Shown in pieces: positions 1 to 10,473 of a stretch of 64,000 nucleotides of DNA. The stretch's first letter is position 1; the number at the start of each line of letters is the position of its first letter. The notes beneath the pieces were generated by a model that saw nothing but the letters and a program-made list of their open reading frames with translations, ran no database searches and had not been told where the DNA came from. Source of the stretch: an uncultured delta proteobacterium (GTDB taxonomy: Bacteria; Desulfobacterota; Binatia; HRBIN30; BPIQ01). The translations under genes and the position numbers were made by a program. The DNA is taken from positions 192,001 to 256,000 of the forward strand of contig CAVXGR010000013.1 in the NCBI GenBank assembly GCA_963761335.1, given 5' to 3'.

Positions 1-112
1 GCCAGGCGAACACCAGGAGCAGAACGGCGACCAGCGCTGCCGTCGCCGTGTAGTCCGGAACGGGATGCGGCACCCCGGGAATCAGCGACATCCACGAGAA
101 CCCATGCTCCAC
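1..112 (-). CDS. atpB: F0F1 ATP synthase subunit a, 5' part (runs off window)
   Basis: GTG at 112, 1 nt after the atpI stop; translates MEHGFSWMSLIPGVPHPVPDYTATAALVAVLLLVFAW (hydrophobic); expected position after atpZ-atpI. Confidence 0.7.
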   Translation of the reverse strand, partial: MEHGFSWMSLIPGVPHPVPDYTATAALVAVLLLVFAW

Positions 113-113
113 T

Positions 114-497
114 TCACTGCTCTCCTTGATTCGAGAATGACGCCCGGACCGCCTCAACCACCGCCGCCACCAGAAACAGAGTGATTCCGAGCGCGAAGCT
201 CATACCGTCTAGCGAAACGCGCCAAAATAGCAAGCCCAGCAGGCCGAGCAGCAGCGCGAACTTGAGCAGCAGCAGGATCATCGCCGTGCCGACTCCCTGG
301 GGGCCCTCGGCCCGCAGCAGCCGGCGGACGATCCCCTTCATGAGCCATACGTTGAGGCCCATCACCGCCCCCCCGGCGAGCACGCTGCCGGGCTTGGGCC
401 AGGGGAGCAACACGGCCGCCAGCACGGCTGATCCGAGCAGGGCCAGGTGAAGCCTCTCGACGTCCTCGAGCCGGAACGAGCGCGGCGCAGATCCCAT
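114..497 (-). CDS. atpI: ATP synthase subunit I
   Basis: 127 aa with ~4 hydrophobic helices, between an AtpZ-like gene and the atpB start. Confidence 0.75.
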   Translation of the reverse strand: MGSAPRSFRLEDVERLHLALLGSAVLAAVLLPWPKPGSVLAGGAVMGLNVWLMKGIVRRLLRAEGPQGVGTAMILLLLKFALLLGLLGLLFWRVSLDGMSFALGITLFLVAAVVEAVRASFSNQGEQ

Positions 498-540
498 GCG
501 TGGCCAGACCGCGGCGATCTCTACGCGGCCGGACGGAGCC

Positions 541-762
541 TCACTGGTAGCGGCGCAGCATCCATATCATCCGATACAGTGCCCCGCCCAAGGCTCCGAG
601 GGTCAACAGCAGGGTGAACAGCGGCGCCGTCCCCAGCCAGCCGTCGAGGTAATACCCGAGGATCACGCCGGCGACGATGGTGAAGCCGAACTCCAGGCCG
701 ACGGCCGTGAAGCGGCCGCCTCTTACCCATGCGTCCTCGCGGTCGTTCGACGGCTCGGGCAC
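541..762 (-). CDS. AtpZ/AtpI-family (ATPase gene1) membrane protein
   Basis: Pattern GLEFGFTIVAGVILGYYLDGWLGTAPLFTLLLTLGALGG typical of the ATPase_gene1 family. Confidence 0.85.
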   Translation of the reverse strand: MPEPSNDREDAWVRGGRFTAVGLEFGFTIVAGVILGYYLDGWLGTAPLFTLLLTLGALGGALYRMIWMLRRYQ

Positions 763-769
763 GCCCGCC

Positions 770-2056
770 TCAGCTCACCTCCGCCAGGGTTTCCGCGGCC
801 GCCCTGGCGGTGATCCGAATCTGGTCCTCCGAGTGCGCCAGGGAAACGAAGGCCGCCTCGAACTGCGCCGGGGGAAAATAGATTCCCCGCTCGATCATCC
901 CCCGGAAGAAGCGGCCATACGCCGCGGTGTCGCAACCCGAGGCGTCGCCGACGTCGCGCACCTCGTCGACTCCGAAGAAGAGCGTCAGCATGGACCCGCA
1001 GCGGTTGATACAGGCCCGCCGGCGGCTGCGGGAGACGGCCTCACGCAGGCCATCCTCCAGCATTGCGCCGAGCTCCTCCAGCCGCTCGTAGGTGCCGGCT
1101 CTTTCGAGCAGCTCCAGAGTGGCGATTCCCGCGGCCACGGAGAGAGGGTTCCCGGAGAGCGTCCCTGCCTGGTAGACGGGCCCGACAGGCGCCAGCTGCT
1201 CCATAATCTCGCGGCGCCCGCCGAAGGCACCCACGGGAAGGCCGCCGCCGATGATCTTTCCGAGACACGTCAGGTCGGGTCGCAAGCCGAAGCGCGTCTG
1301 CGCGCCGCCATAGGCGAGCCGAAAGCCGGTGATCACCTCGTCGAACAGAACCAGGGCACCGCGGGCATGGGCGCGCTCGATCAGCCCTTCGAGGAAGCCG
1401 GGGGCGGGCGGCACCACTCCCATGTTGCCGGCAACCGGCTCGACGATCACCAGCGCCAGGTCGGCACCGGCCGCCGCCATCGCGGCATCGACGCTGTCGA
1501 GATCGTTGTACTGCGCCAGCAGCGTCTCGGCGGCAACCGCCGGCGGCACCCCCGGGCTGTCCGGAACCCCGAAGGTCATGGCCCCAGACCCGGCACGCAC
1601 CAGCAACGAGTCGCTGTGTCCGTGATAGCACCCGGCGAACTTGACGATCTTGTTCCGCCCCGTGAAAGCGCGCGACAGACGGATGGCGCTCATGGCCGCC
1701 TCGGTTCCGGAGCTCACCAGGCGGACCTGCTCGATGGAGGGGAAGGCGGCGACGATGCGCCGCGCCAGCTCGACCTCTGCCGCCGTCGGCGCCCCGAAGC
1801 TGGTGCCGTCGCGCAGCGCATCCTGCACCGCCCGCAGCACCGTCGCGTGCGCATGCCCGAGGATCATCGGTCCCCACGAGCCGATGTAGTCGACATAGGC
1901 GCGGCCGTCCGTGTCGATCATCTCGGCGCCACGCGCCCGCTGGATGAACAGGGGCTCGCCCCCGACCGCCTTCCAGGCGCGCACCGGGCTGTTCACGCCG
2001 CCCGGGATCACTTTCTGTGCCTCGGCGAAAAGCTTCCGCGAGATGTGGCCGGCCAT
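770..2056 (-). CDS. hemL: Glutamate-1-semialdehyde 2,1-aminomutase
   Basis: [69 protein letters not shown] at 2056 overlaps the thrH stop (TGATG). Confidence 0.97.
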   Translation of the reverse strand: MAGHISRKLFAEAQKVIPGGVNSPVRAWKAVGGEPLFIQRARGAEMIDTDGRAYVDYIGSWGPMILGHAHATVLRAVQDALRDGTSFGAPTAAEVELARRIVAAFPSIEQVRLVSSGTEAAMSAIRLSRAFTGRNKIVKFAGCYHGHSDSLLVRAGSGAMTFGVPDSPGVPPAVAAETLLAQYNDLDSVDAAMAAAGADLALVIVEPVAGNMGVVPPAPGFLEGLIERAHARGALVLFDEVITGFRLAYGGAQTRFGLRPDLTCLGKIIGGGLPVGAFGGRREIMEQLAPVGPVYQAGTLSGNPLSVAAGIATLELLERAGTYERLEELGAMLEDGLREAVSRSRRRACINRCGSMLTLFFGVDEVRDVGDASGCDTAAYGRFFRGMIERGIYFPPAQFEAAFVSLAHSEDQIRITARAAAETLAEVS

Positions 2057-2676
2057 CAGCACGCCCCACTGCGCAGCTTCGCCGCGGCCAACGCGAATGC
2101 CGCACGCAGCTGCTCGTAGCTGTGCGCCACCGGGAACTGGGGGAAGTCGCGGACGACGTTCTCCGGCGGTCGAAAGAGGATACCGGCGTCGGCCTCCGCC
2201 AGCATGGAGGTGTCGTTGTACGAATCGCCAGCCGCGACAACGTCGAGGTTGAGCAGCTTGAAGGCCATCACCGCCTTGCGCTTGCCGTCGCGAAGGCGGA
2301 GCCGGTAGTCGGCGACACGTCCTTGCGCGTCGATTGCCAGCGAGTTGCACAGCAGGCAGGGGTTGTCGAGCTGCGCCATGAGCGGCGCGGCAAACTCCTC
2401 GAAGGTGTCCGAAAGGATCACCACCTGAAAGCTCCCCCGCAGCCACTCGAGAAACTCGCGGGCCCCTTCCAGCGGCCCCATGCGGCCGATCACCTCCTGG
2501 AGATCGGTGAGCCGCAGCGAGTGTCGGTCGAGGATCTCCAGCCGGCCGCGCATCAGCTTGTCGTAGTCGGGCTCGTCCCGCGTCGTGCGCCGGAGGGCCT
2601 CGATTCCGGTGCTGGCGGCGACGTTGATCCAGATCTCCGGCACCAGAACTCCCTCGAGGTCCAGACAGGCGAGCAT
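2056..2676 (-). CDS. thrH: Phosphoserine phosphatase / homoserine phosphotransferase ThrH (HAD family)
   Basis: [45 protein letters not shown] motifs. Confidence 0.93.
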   Translation of the reverse strand: MLACLDLEGVLVPEIWINVAASTGIEALRRTTRDEPDYDKLMRGRLEILDRHSLRLTDLQEVIGRMGPLEGAREFLEWLRGSFQVVILSDTFEEFAAPLMAQLDNPCLLCNSLAIDAQGRVADYRLRLRDGKRKAVMAFKLLNLDVVAAGDSYNDTSMLAEADAGILFRPPENVVRDFPQFPVAHSYEQLRAAFALAAAKLRSGAC

Positions 2677-2815
2677 GTCGCCTGGCTACCGATTCCACCG
2701 CCGCAGCGCAAGCCTCCCCGCACACTTGCACGGCGCGATTGCACGCCTGGCGTCCCTGACATAAAGGGCGGCATGGCAACAGCACCCAAGACGTATCCTC
2801 CCAACTACGCAGTCG

Positions 2816-2962
2816 ATGGATTGCGGGCACGTGCCGAAAGGGTGGATCAGGCCATACTACCCCGATCTTCAGCTGACCGGATTCGCGGAGCACGATGTCA
2901 TGGGGGCCTACTGGGCCGAGGCGCCGGAGAAGACCAAGCGCAAGGCCGCCGCGGCGCACTGA
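2816..2962 (+). CDS. Possible small protein (48 aa)
   Basis: [57 protein letters not shown] ending 9 nt before nagZ; below ORF-track cutoff; no clear RBS. Confidence 0.3.
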   Translation: MDCGHVPKGWIRPYYPDLQLTGFAEHDVMGAYWAEAPEKTKRKAAAAH

Positions 2963-2971
2963 GAGGGCTCG

Positions 2972-4033
2972 ATGCGGCCACCGCTGGAACGGCTGCTGAC
3001 CATCGGCTTTGAGGGCACGACCCCGCCCGCGGAGCTGTTGGCTCTGATCGGCGCGGGCCTCGGCGGCGTCGTGCTGTTCCAGCGCAACATCCAAAACCCG
3101 GCGCAGCTGCTCGCCTTGGTCGGCGATCTCAAGGAAGCCGCCGGCGCGCGGCCTCTGGTGGTGTCGATCGACCAGGAAGGCGGCCGCGTCGCACGTCTCC
3201 GCGGCGCGCCTTGGGCGGAGGTGCCCCCCATGCGGCGCTTCGGCGAGCTGCCGTCGGAGACGCGGCTGACACGCGTGCGCGCTCTGGCCGAGCTGCTCGC
3301 CGCCGAGCTGGCGGCGGTCGGCATCGATCTCGACTTCGCACCGGTCCTCGACGTCGACACTCGCGCCGACAATCCGGTGATCGGCGATCGCTCCTTCTCG
3401 AGCCGCCCCGAGCGCGTCGCCGCACTCGGCGCCGAGTTCATCGCCGCCATGCAGGCAAGCGGCGTCGCCGCCTGCGGCAAGCACTTCCCCGGTCACGGCG
3501 ATACCGCCGTGGACTCACACCTCAACCTGCCGGTGATCACCCACGAGCGACAGCGAATAGAGGCCGTTGAGCTGCTTCCCTTTCGCGCTGCCTGTCGCGC
3601 CGGCGTCGCCGCCGTAATGACCGCCCACGTCCTCTACGAGAAGCTCGACGCCCAGCTGCCGGCAACGCTCTCCGCCCCCGTGCTCGACATCCTGCGCCGC
3701 CAGATCGGTTTCGACGGCGTCATCGTCAGCGACGATATGAATATGGACGGCGTGGCACGGCGATGGCCGCTCGTACGATCGGCACCGCTCGCCATCGCCG
3801 CGGGCTGCGATCAGCTGCTGGTGAGCAGTGGCCCGAGCCATGCCCAGGTCGCGTTGGCCGCCCTCGAGCGGGCCCTCGCGGAGGGGGCTCTCTCCGAGCG
3901 GCGCGTCAGCGAAGCGGCGGACCGCTGGGAGAACCTGGCTTCGGGCTACCAGCACCGGAATCCGGGGCCCAGCGCCCTCGAGTGGCTCGGCTCCGCGGGC
4001 CACCAGGCCGCCGTCGAGAGGGCCCTCGGCTGA
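2972..4033 (+). CDS. nagZ: Beta-N-acetylhexosaminidase (GH3)
   Basis: [42 protein letters not shown] motifs. Confidence 0.93.
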   Translation: MRPPLERLLTIGFEGTTPPAELLALIGAGLGGVVLFQRNIQNPAQLLALVGDLKEAAGARPLVVSIDQEGGRVARLRGAPWAEVPPMRRFGELPSETRLTRVRALAELLAAELAAVGIDLDFAPVLDVDTRADNPVIGDRSFSSRPERVAALGAEFIAAMQASGVAACGKHFPGHGDTAVDSHLNLPVITHERQRIEAVELLPFRAACRAGVAAVMTAHVLYEKLDAQLPATLSAPVLDILRRQIGFDGVIVSDDMNMDGVARRWPLVRSAPLAIAAGCDQLLVSSGPSHAQVALAALERALAEGALSERRVSEAADRWENLASGYQHRNPGPSALEWLGSAGHQAAVERALG

Positions 4034-4051
4034 TCCCCCGGCCTCCCCGCG

Positions 4052-4981
4052 CTACAGCGCCGGCAGCACCTTCTCCGCAAAGAGCTGGAGCGTCTCGGGA
4101 GCGTTGAAGTCGCTGAACAGCACGGTGAAGAAGGTCACCCCCTGATCGCGACGGCGGCGCATCTGCTCGGCAACCTGCTCGGGCGTGCCGCGGAAGGCGC
4201 TCTTCTCGAGGTCGAACACACGGCCGAGAAGCTGCTTCGCCACTCCCCACTTCTCCTTGAAGTCGGCCTCGGTGGCGCCGAGCACGGCGACGCACTGCTC
4301 CGAGATCTCGATCTCGCCGAAGTCGCGCCCGACCGCCTCGCAGTGGCGCTCGAGAACCTCGATCTTGTGCGCCAGCTCCGTCGCCTGGTTGTTCGGGCAG
4401 TTCCAGATGTCGGCGTGCTGCGCCACTACTCGCAGCAGCAGCTTCTCTCCGCCACCGCCGATCAGAATCGGCGGGTGCGGCTTCTGCACCGGCTTGGGAT
4501 TGTTGACGGCGTCGCGCACCGAGTAGTACTTGCCCTCGAAGGTGGCGCGCGACTCGGTGAACAGCTGCTTCATCACCACCAAGCCTTCCTCCAGCTGCTC
4601 GATGCGCACCTTCGCCGGCGGGAAGGGATAGCCGTATGCCTCGTACTCCTCGTTCATCCAGCCGGCGCCGATGCCGATGTCGAGCCGACCGTTGCTGATC
4701 ACGTCGAGAGTCGACGCCATCTTCGCCAGCAGCGCCGGATTGCGGTAGGAGTTGCACAGCACCAGCGCCCCGAGCCGCAGCTTCTCGGTCACCGAGGCCA
4801 GTGCCGACATGACCGTCCACGACTCCAGGTGATCGACCTCGGGCATACCGCGCGACCACATGTGGTCCACCACCCAGAGGGAGTCGAAACCCAGGCGCTC
4901 GGCGAGTTGTGCCCGATCGCGGATCGCCGCGAAGGGAACGCCCACCTGCGGGAAGAAGAGTCCAACCTTCGTCTGTCTCAC
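4052..4981 (-). CDS. LLM-class (luciferase-like, possibly F420-dependent) oxidoreductase
   Basis: GFDSLWVVDH, LRLGALVLCNSYRNPALLAKMASTLDVISNGRL, PKPVQKPHPPILIGGGGEK; GTG start at 4981 with an AGGA RBS. Confidence 0.9.
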   Translation of the reverse strand: MRQTKVGLFFPQVGVPFAAIRDRAQLAERLGFDSLWVVDHMWSRGMPEVDHLESWTVMSALASVTEKLRLGALVLCNSYRNPALLAKMASTLDVISNGRLDIGIGAGWMNEEYEAYGYPFPPAKVRIEQLEEGLVVMKQLFTESRATFEGKYYSVRDAVNNPKPVQKPHPPILIGGGGEKLLLRVVAQHADIWNCPNNQATELAHKIEVLERHCEAVGRDFGEIEISEQCVAVLGATEADFKEKWGVAKQLLGRVFDLEKSAFRGTPEQVAEQMRRRRDQGVTFFTVLFSDFNAPETLQLFAEKVLPAL

Positions 4982-5199
4982 AAAAGGTCCTTTCCCGTCC
5001 TGTGGAGGACGATGTCTACAGCCAGCCGGGTCGGCCGCCAAGCGTGGGCGGCCGGAGCCGCCGGCGCCCTTATAGAAGAACGCCGGGCCGTTGTCAGCAG
5101 CCAGAGTGAAATCGGCACCCGCCTCCCCATACGTGGAGGCGCGGCGGTTGCGCACGCCGCCTCGTTTCGCGTAAACGGGAGAGAAGGACAGATTTTGCC

Positions 5200-6279
5200 A
5201 TGAAGAGACGCGTCGCCGTGATTGGCGCTACCGGCATCGCCGGCCAGCAGTTCCTGGTCGCTCTCGACCACCATCCGTGGTTCGAGGTGGCCGCCCTGGC
5301 CGCCTCCTCGCGCTCGGCAGGGAAGAGCTACGCAGAAGCCATCCGCGATCCCAAGACGGGAGCGCAGCGGTGGTGGTGCAACGAAGCGCCGCCGGCGTCG
5401 ATGCTGGAGCTGCCGGTGGTCGAGGCGGCGTCCTTCGACGCCGCCGGCGTCGACATCGTCTTCAGCGCCGTCGAGTCCGACGTCGCCCGCGAGCTCGAGC
5501 CGCGCTATGCGCGCACGACGGCGGTGGTCAGCACCGCCTCCGCCTTCCGCTACGAAGACGACGTGCCGATCATCGTTCCCGGAGTCAACCTGGAGCACAG
5601 CCGTCTGATCGAGGTCCAGCGCCGGGGACGCGGCTGGAAAGGCTTCGTGGCGCCGATTCCCAACTGCACCACGACCGGCCTGGTGATCACTCTGAAGCCG
5701 CTGCTCCAACACTTCGGCCTCCGCCGCGTGGTGTTGACCTCGATGCAGGGAATCTCGGGCGCCGGGCGCTCGCCGGGCGTCGCCGCCCTCGACATCATCG
5801 ACAACATCGTGCCCTTCATTCCCGGAGAGGAAGAGAAGGTCGCGCGCGAGACCGGCAAGATCCTCGGCACGTTGGTCGAGGGCGGTATCGCACCGGTCGG
5901 CGTTCCGGTCAGCGCCACCTGCACGCGCGCCGCGGTGATCGAAGGCCACACCGAGGCCGTGCTGGTCTCCACCGAACGCGCCTGTAGCCCGGCCGAGGCG
6001 CGGGCGGCAATGGAAGCGCACGGCGCCGATCTGGCGGAGCTGCGCCTGCCCTCGGCGCCGCAGAAGTTGATCGTGGTCCATAGCGATCCCTTCCGGCCGC
6101 AGCCGAGACTCGACCGCGACCTCGACGGCGGCATGGCCACCAGCGTCGGGCGGCTGCGCGCCGACGCCGCTTTCGACAACGGCCTCAAGTACGTGCTGGT
6201 CTCCCACAACACCAAGATGGGCGCCGCCAAGGGCGCCGTCCTGGTCGCCGAGTACCTGGCGCAGGCCGGGTACTGCTGA
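5200..6279 (+). CDS. asd: Aspartate-semialdehyde dehydrogenase (archaeal/eukaryote-like subtype)
   Basis: GATGIAGQQF, IPNCTT catalytic Cys, QGISGAG, GHTE, SHNTKMGAAKGAVLVAE. Confidence 0.92.
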   Translation: MKRRVAVIGATGIAGQQFLVALDHHPWFEVAALAASSRSAGKSYAEAIRDPKTGAQRWWCNEAPPASMLELPVVEAASFDAAGVDIVFSAVESDVARELEPRYARTTAVVSTASAFRYEDDVPIIVPGVNLEHSRLIEVQRRGRGWKGFVAPIPNCTTTGLVITLKPLLQHFGLRRVVLTSMQGISGAGRSPGVAALDIIDNIVPFIPGEEEKVARETGKILGTLVEGGIAPVGVPVSATCTRAAVIEGHTEAVLVSTERACSPAEARAAMEAHGADLAELRLPSAPQKLIVVHSDPFRPQPRLDRDLDGGMATSVGRLRADAAFDNGLKYVLVSHNTKMGAAKGAVLVAEYLAQAGYC

Positions 6280-6412
6280 GCACCGCCGCGATGCCGCGTG
6301 GCTCGCCTGGAGCCTCTTCCTCCCCGATCGACGCCAGCGCGCCAGGCGAGACCGCGCCGCGCTTGTCTCCCCGCCCTTCGCCCGCCATGCTGGCGTGGAA
6401 GGCCTTCGGCTG

Positions 6413-7006
6413 ATGGAGATCCGCGGCGAGCGCATCCGGCTCCGCTCCTTTGCGCGCAGCGATGCTGCCGACGTCTTTGCCTATGCCAGCGATCCCGACG
6501 TGAGCCGCTATCTCGACTGGCTGCCGCACCGCAGCCTTCTCGAGAGCGAGCGCTTCGTCGACCACTGCCTGCGACAACCGCCGGCGGTGCTCCTTCCGTT
6601 CGCAGTCGAGGACATGGCGAGCGCTCACGTCGTCGGCTCCTTCGAGATTCGCGTGGTGGATGCCATCCGCCGTATCGGCGAGATCGGCTACGCGCTGGCG
6701 CGGCCGTACTGGGGCCGCGGCTACAATCTGGAGGCCGGCCGCCTGCTCCTCGATCACGCCTTCGCGGAGCTGCACATGCTGCGCGTCCAGGCGGTCTGCG
6801 ACGTCGAGAATCGCCGCTCGTATCGCACCATGGAGAAGCTCGGTATGGTGCGCGAGCGCGTCCTGCCCCGCTATCGGCGCCGCTCCGGCACCTACGTCGA
6901 CAGCTACCTGTACGGCCTCCTCTGGCGCGAGTGGGCCAACCTCTGCAGCGCCGCGCAGGTGCCGGCGGGCGCCGATCGCCGCGGCGCGCCACCGCAGAGG
7001 ACATGA
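6413..7006 (+). CDS. GNAT N-acetyltransferase (RimJ/RimL-like)
   Basis: ERIRLRSF, EIGYALARPYWGRGY, NRRSYRTMEKLGM. Confidence 0.88.
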   Translation: MEIRGERIRLRSFARSDAADVFAYASDPDVSRYLDWLPHRSLLESERFVDHCLRQPPAVLLPFAVEDMASAHVVGSFEIRVVDAIRRIGEIGYALARPYWGRGYNLEAGRLLLDHAFAELHMLRVQAVCDVENRRSYRTMEKLGMVRERVLPRYRRRSGTYVDSYLYGLLWREWANLCSAAQVPAGADRRGAPPQRT

Positions 7007-7010
7007 CGCC

Positions 7011-8507
7011 ATGGCGACCTTGTGGAGCGCCATCGCCGCGACCGCCGCTCGCCGGGGCGATGCCGTCGCCGTCCTCTGGGAGGACGAGGCGGTCACCTTC
7101 GCCGACCTCGAGCACATCAGCACGGGCGTCGCCAACGCCCTGCTGAGGCGCGGCGTACGGCCAGGCGACCGCGTCGGCGTCGCCCTGCCCAACTCGCTCG
7201 AGCTGATCGGACTTCTTCTCGGGGTGCTTCGGCTGGGCGCGGTGTACGTGCCCTTGAACCCCGCCTTCACCGCCGCCGAAGCCGTCTACATCATCGAGGA
7301 TGTCGGCGCCCATATCGCCATCACTCACGATGCCCTTGCGGCGGAGATCCTCGCCGGCTGGTCGCAGCTGTCTCATCGCGTCGTCCCCGAGCTGCCGCTC
7401 GAGCACGGCGAGCCCCATACGCCACACGCCGGGGAAGAGGAGCACGCCGCGCTGGTGGTCTATACTTCGGGAACCACCGGCCGGCCGAAGGGAGCCGTCC
7501 TCTCGCATCGCGCCCTGCTCTCCAACCTGGAGGCAGTAGCCGCCGCCTGGGAGTGGACCCCGGAGGACCGCTTGCTCTTGACCCTGCCCTGCAGCCACCT
7601 GCACGGCCTCGCCCTCGGCGTCCTCGGCTCATTGCTCGCCGGCTCCAGCATCGCCCTGCGGCGCCGCTTCGTCGCCGAGGACGTCCCCACCGATCTCGAG
7701 CGTTCCGCCGCGACCATGTTCTTCGGCGTGCCCACCATGTACAACCGGCTCGTGCAGCTGCCACCCGCGGTCGCTGCCGCCGGCCTGTCGCGCGTGCGCC
7801 TGTGGGTCTCGGGGTCGGCACCGCTCCTGGCGGCGACCTTCGAGCGCTTTGAGCAGATCTACGGGCAGCAGATCCTCGAGCGTTTCGGCATGAGCGAAGG
7901 CGGCTTCATGATCGCCGCGCCCTACCGCGGCGTCCGCCGCGCCGGTGTGGTCGGCGTGCCGCTGCCGGGGGTCGAGGTGCGCATCGCCGACGAGGACGCC
8001 GACGATCGCGGCACTCTGCGCGATGTCGCCGAAGGCGATCCCGGGGAGCTCTTGGTGCGCGGGCAGAATCTCTTCAGCGGATACTGGAACGACCCCGAGG
8101 CGACCCGCGCCGCTTTCATCGGCGATTGGTTCCGCAGCGGAGATATCGCGGCGCGCGAGCCGGACGGAATGATCCGTATCGCCGGGCGCCGCTCGGTCGA
8201 CATCCTGAAAACGCGCGGTTACAAGGTCAGCGCGGTGGAGATCGAGAACCGGCTGCAGTCGTATCCGGGTGTCGGCGAAGTCGCGGTCGTCGGCCTGCCG
8301 CACTCCGACTGGGGCGAGGAGATCGTCGCGGTCGTGGCACCATCGTCCCGGGCCGGCGCACCGAGCCCCGAAGAGCTGCTCGCCTGGGCGCGCCAGGCGC
8401 TCGCGCCTTACAAGGTCCCGACCCGCGTCGTCTTCGTGGACGAGATTCCGCGCACTGGCCCGGGAAAGTTTCGCAAGCGGGAGATCATCCGCCGCCTCGC
8501 CGGCTGA
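7011..8507 (+). CDS. Acyl-CoA synthetase / AMP-binding enzyme (MatB-like)
   Basis: YTSGTTGRPKG, ERFGMSE, FRSGDI, YKVP, GKFRK motifs. Confidence 0.9.
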   Translation: MATLWSAIAATAARRGDAVAVLWEDEAVTFADLEHISTGVANALLRRGVRPGDRVGVALPNSLELIGLLLGVLRLGAVYVPLNPAFTAAEAVYIIEDVGAHIAITHDALAAEILAGWSQLSHRVVPELPLEHGEPHTPHAGEEEHAALVVYTSGTTGRPKGAVLSHRALLSNLEAVAAAWEWTPEDRLLLTLPCSHLHGLALGVLGSLLAGSSIALRRRFVAEDVPTDLERSAATMFFGVPTMYNRLVQLPPAVAAAGLSRVRLWVSGSAPLLAATFERFEQIYGQQILERFGMSEGGFMIAAPYRGVRRAGVVGVPLPGVEVRIADEDADDRGTLRDVAEGDPGELLVRGQNLFSGYWNDPEATRAAFIGDWFRSGDIAAREPDGMIRIAGRRSVDILKTRGYKVSAVEIENRLQSYPGVGEVAVVGLPHSDWGEEIVAVVAPSSRAGAPSPEELLAWARQALAPYKVPTRVVFVDEIPRTGPGKFRKREIIRRLAG

Positions 8508-8611
8508 GACCGGCGAGCCGCTCCCTATCCCTACCGCGGCGGCGCCGTTTTCTGTATATGGTCTGCGCCCTCGCGGACACGGTGTCTGCGGGAACAATCA
8601 GCGGAGGGGGG

Positions 8612-10120
8612 ATGAGCAGAGTCAGGATCACGTTGCTGTTCGCGGCCGTGCTCGCCGGGTGCGGTGGAGAGATCGTCGTTCCGGCGCCGGTACCGACCGA
8701 GACCGGCACACCGGCGATCGCACCAACGGCCGAAGCGACGGCGAGTGCCACCGCGCCGCGACTCGCCAGCCCCAGCGGCACTCCCCTCCCCTCCACCGCG
8801 GCACGCAGCTCGACCCCAACCCCCACACCGACCGCTGCACTCACGGAGACGGCCACACCCGCGCCGACACTCGGCAGCGGAGCCAACATCGGCTACCTCG
8901 GCGTGCTGCGCGCCGACAATACGCGCACCGACCCGGTCGAGCTCGACACCGTCGGACGGCCGGTGTTCGAAAGACCGGTGGGCAACGGCTTCGTCATCGT
9001 CGTCGAGGCCAAGCCGGGGACAGACGGGGCTCGGGTCGGCACTTCGTCGTTCGCTTACGACCCCTTGGATCCGTCGGTGCGACCGGACCTCCAGGTGGAG
9101 GTCAGCAGGGATCTCGGCAACGGCAGCTCCGCCGTCTGCGACAACTCGTCCGGCGACTTCGGCGGTGTACCCGGGATCACACCGACGCGCTTCGATGAGC
9201 TGCAGCCGATCTCGGATGCCCTCAACGACCTCGGATGCCGTTTCGTCGACGGCACCGGCGAGCCGCAGGGGCGCATCGAAGCGGAATCCTGCATTCTCTT
9301 TCCCGACGGGGAGTATCACTTCGTCGACCCCAGCGACACGGTGCAGTTCTGCGCCACGATCACCCGGCCCATGTCCTTTCCCGAAGGCGACACGGTGGTC
9401 ACGGCACAGGTGCGCGACACTAGCGGCGAGGTCGGTCCGCAGAGACAGCTCGTCATCCGCGTGGTTGGCGCGCCGCCAGTCACCCCGCATGCGACCGCGA
9501 CAGCCACTCCGACGATCAGCGCCACAGGCGCCAACATCGGCTACCTCGGAATCCTGCGCGGCGACAACACCGTCGTCGAGCCGACAGAGTACGACGACGC
9601 CGGCCGCCCTGTTTTCGACCGGCCCGTCGGCAGCGGCTTCGTCATCGTCGTCGACGCCAAGCCCGGGGCCAGCCGCGTCCCCGTGGGTCCGCTGACCTAC
9701 GACTACGTCCCCAGCGATCTGAGCGTGCGCCCGGATCTGCAGATCCAGGTGAATCGGCCGCTCGGCAACGGCAGCCCCGTGGTCTGTGACAACACCAGCG
9801 GCAACTTCGGCGGCGTGCCGGGGATCGATCCCAACGACTTCGAGATCACGGAAACGGTCTCCGATGCCCTGAACGATCTCGGCTGTCGCTTCCTGGATGG
9901 TTTCGGCGACGCGCGAGGACGCACATCAGACGAGGCGTGCGTGCTCTTCCCCGACGGCATCTTTCGCTTCATCGATCCGTCCGCCCGAGTCGAATTTTGC
10001 GGCACGATCACTCGGCCTCTGATCTTTCCCGCCGGGGAAACCACGGTCACCGCGCGCGTCCGCGATACCAGCGGCGCCACCGGACCAGAGCGACAGATCA
10101 TCGTTCGCGTCGGGCAGTAG
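8612..10120 (+). CDS. Lipoprotein with Thr/Pro linkers and two tandem ~195-aa Cys-containing repeats
   Basis: Lipobox LAGC; repeats start GANIGYLG at ~8879 and ~9528, each with 4 Cys; GGAGG RBS. Confidence 0.8.
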   Translation: MSRVRITLLFAAVLAGCGGEIVVPAPVPTETGTPAIAPTAEATASATAPRLASPSGTPLPSTAARSSTPTPTPTAALTETATPAPTLGSGANIGYLGVLRADNTRTDPVELDTVGRPVFERPVGNGFVIVVEAKPGTDGARVGTSSFAYDPLDPSVRPDLQVEVSRDLGNGSSAVCDNSSGDFGGVPGITPTRFDELQPISDALNDLGCRFVDGTGEPQGRIEAESCILFPDGEYHFVDPSDTVQFCATITRPMSFPEGDTVVTAQVRDTSGEVGPQRQLVIRVVGAPPVTPHATATATPTISATGANIGYLGILRGDNTVVEPTEYDDAGRPVFDRPVGSGFVIVVDAKPGASRVPVGPLTYDYVPSDLSVRPDLQIQVNRPLGNGSPVVCDNTSGNFGGVPGIDPNDFEITETVSDALNDLGCRFLDGFGDARGRTSDEACVLFPDGIFRFIDPSARVEFCGTITRPLIFPAGETTVTARVRDTSGATGPERQIIVRVGQ

Positions 10121-10304
10121 GCGCCTCCTTCGCACCTGACTGGTCATCTGCCAGTCCCGGGCGTCAAAAAAATCGCAGGCGGCTGTCATTTTACGGCTCC
10201 AGCGGCGTGCGGGTACGCGCGACACAATCCGTCCCCGACATGCCTCGCGGAGGAAACCCTTGAGTTCCATGGGTATCTGGCTCTCAACCGCCCCTTGAGC
10301 AGCT

Positions 10305-10320
10305 TGGCACGCTGGCTGCT
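10305..10320 (+). promoter_or_regulatory. Sigma54 (-24/-12) promoter of the pilin gene
   Basis: TGGCAC-GCTGG-CTGCT with exact GG-N10-GC spacing ~155 nt upstream of pilA; pilA is sigma54/PilR-driven in Pseudomonas, Myxococcus and Geobacter. Confidence 0.7.
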
Positions 10321-10473
10321 TCTCCCAGATGCAGGTCGCAAGCTGCTGAAAACGGATCGATCCAATCGTGGTGGGGAGTTAGTGGGGCGACCAAAGAATT
10401 CAAGGGTCGGGTACCCGCAAGGGCCCAAAAACAAAATTGACTGTCCGCGAGACAGGAAAAGGAGAAGATTCTC

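Noticed and set aside
1..2676. thrH-hemL-atpZ-atpI-atpB linkage as a novelty
   Set aside because: To my knowledge, hemL next to a separate F0 operon is an ordinary arrangement in deltaproteobacterial lineages.
2057..3496. 908-aa ORF suggesting an N-terminally extended HemL fusion
   Set aside because: The extension overlaps thrH and is antisense to nagZ; HemL motifs begin at the ATG at 2056.
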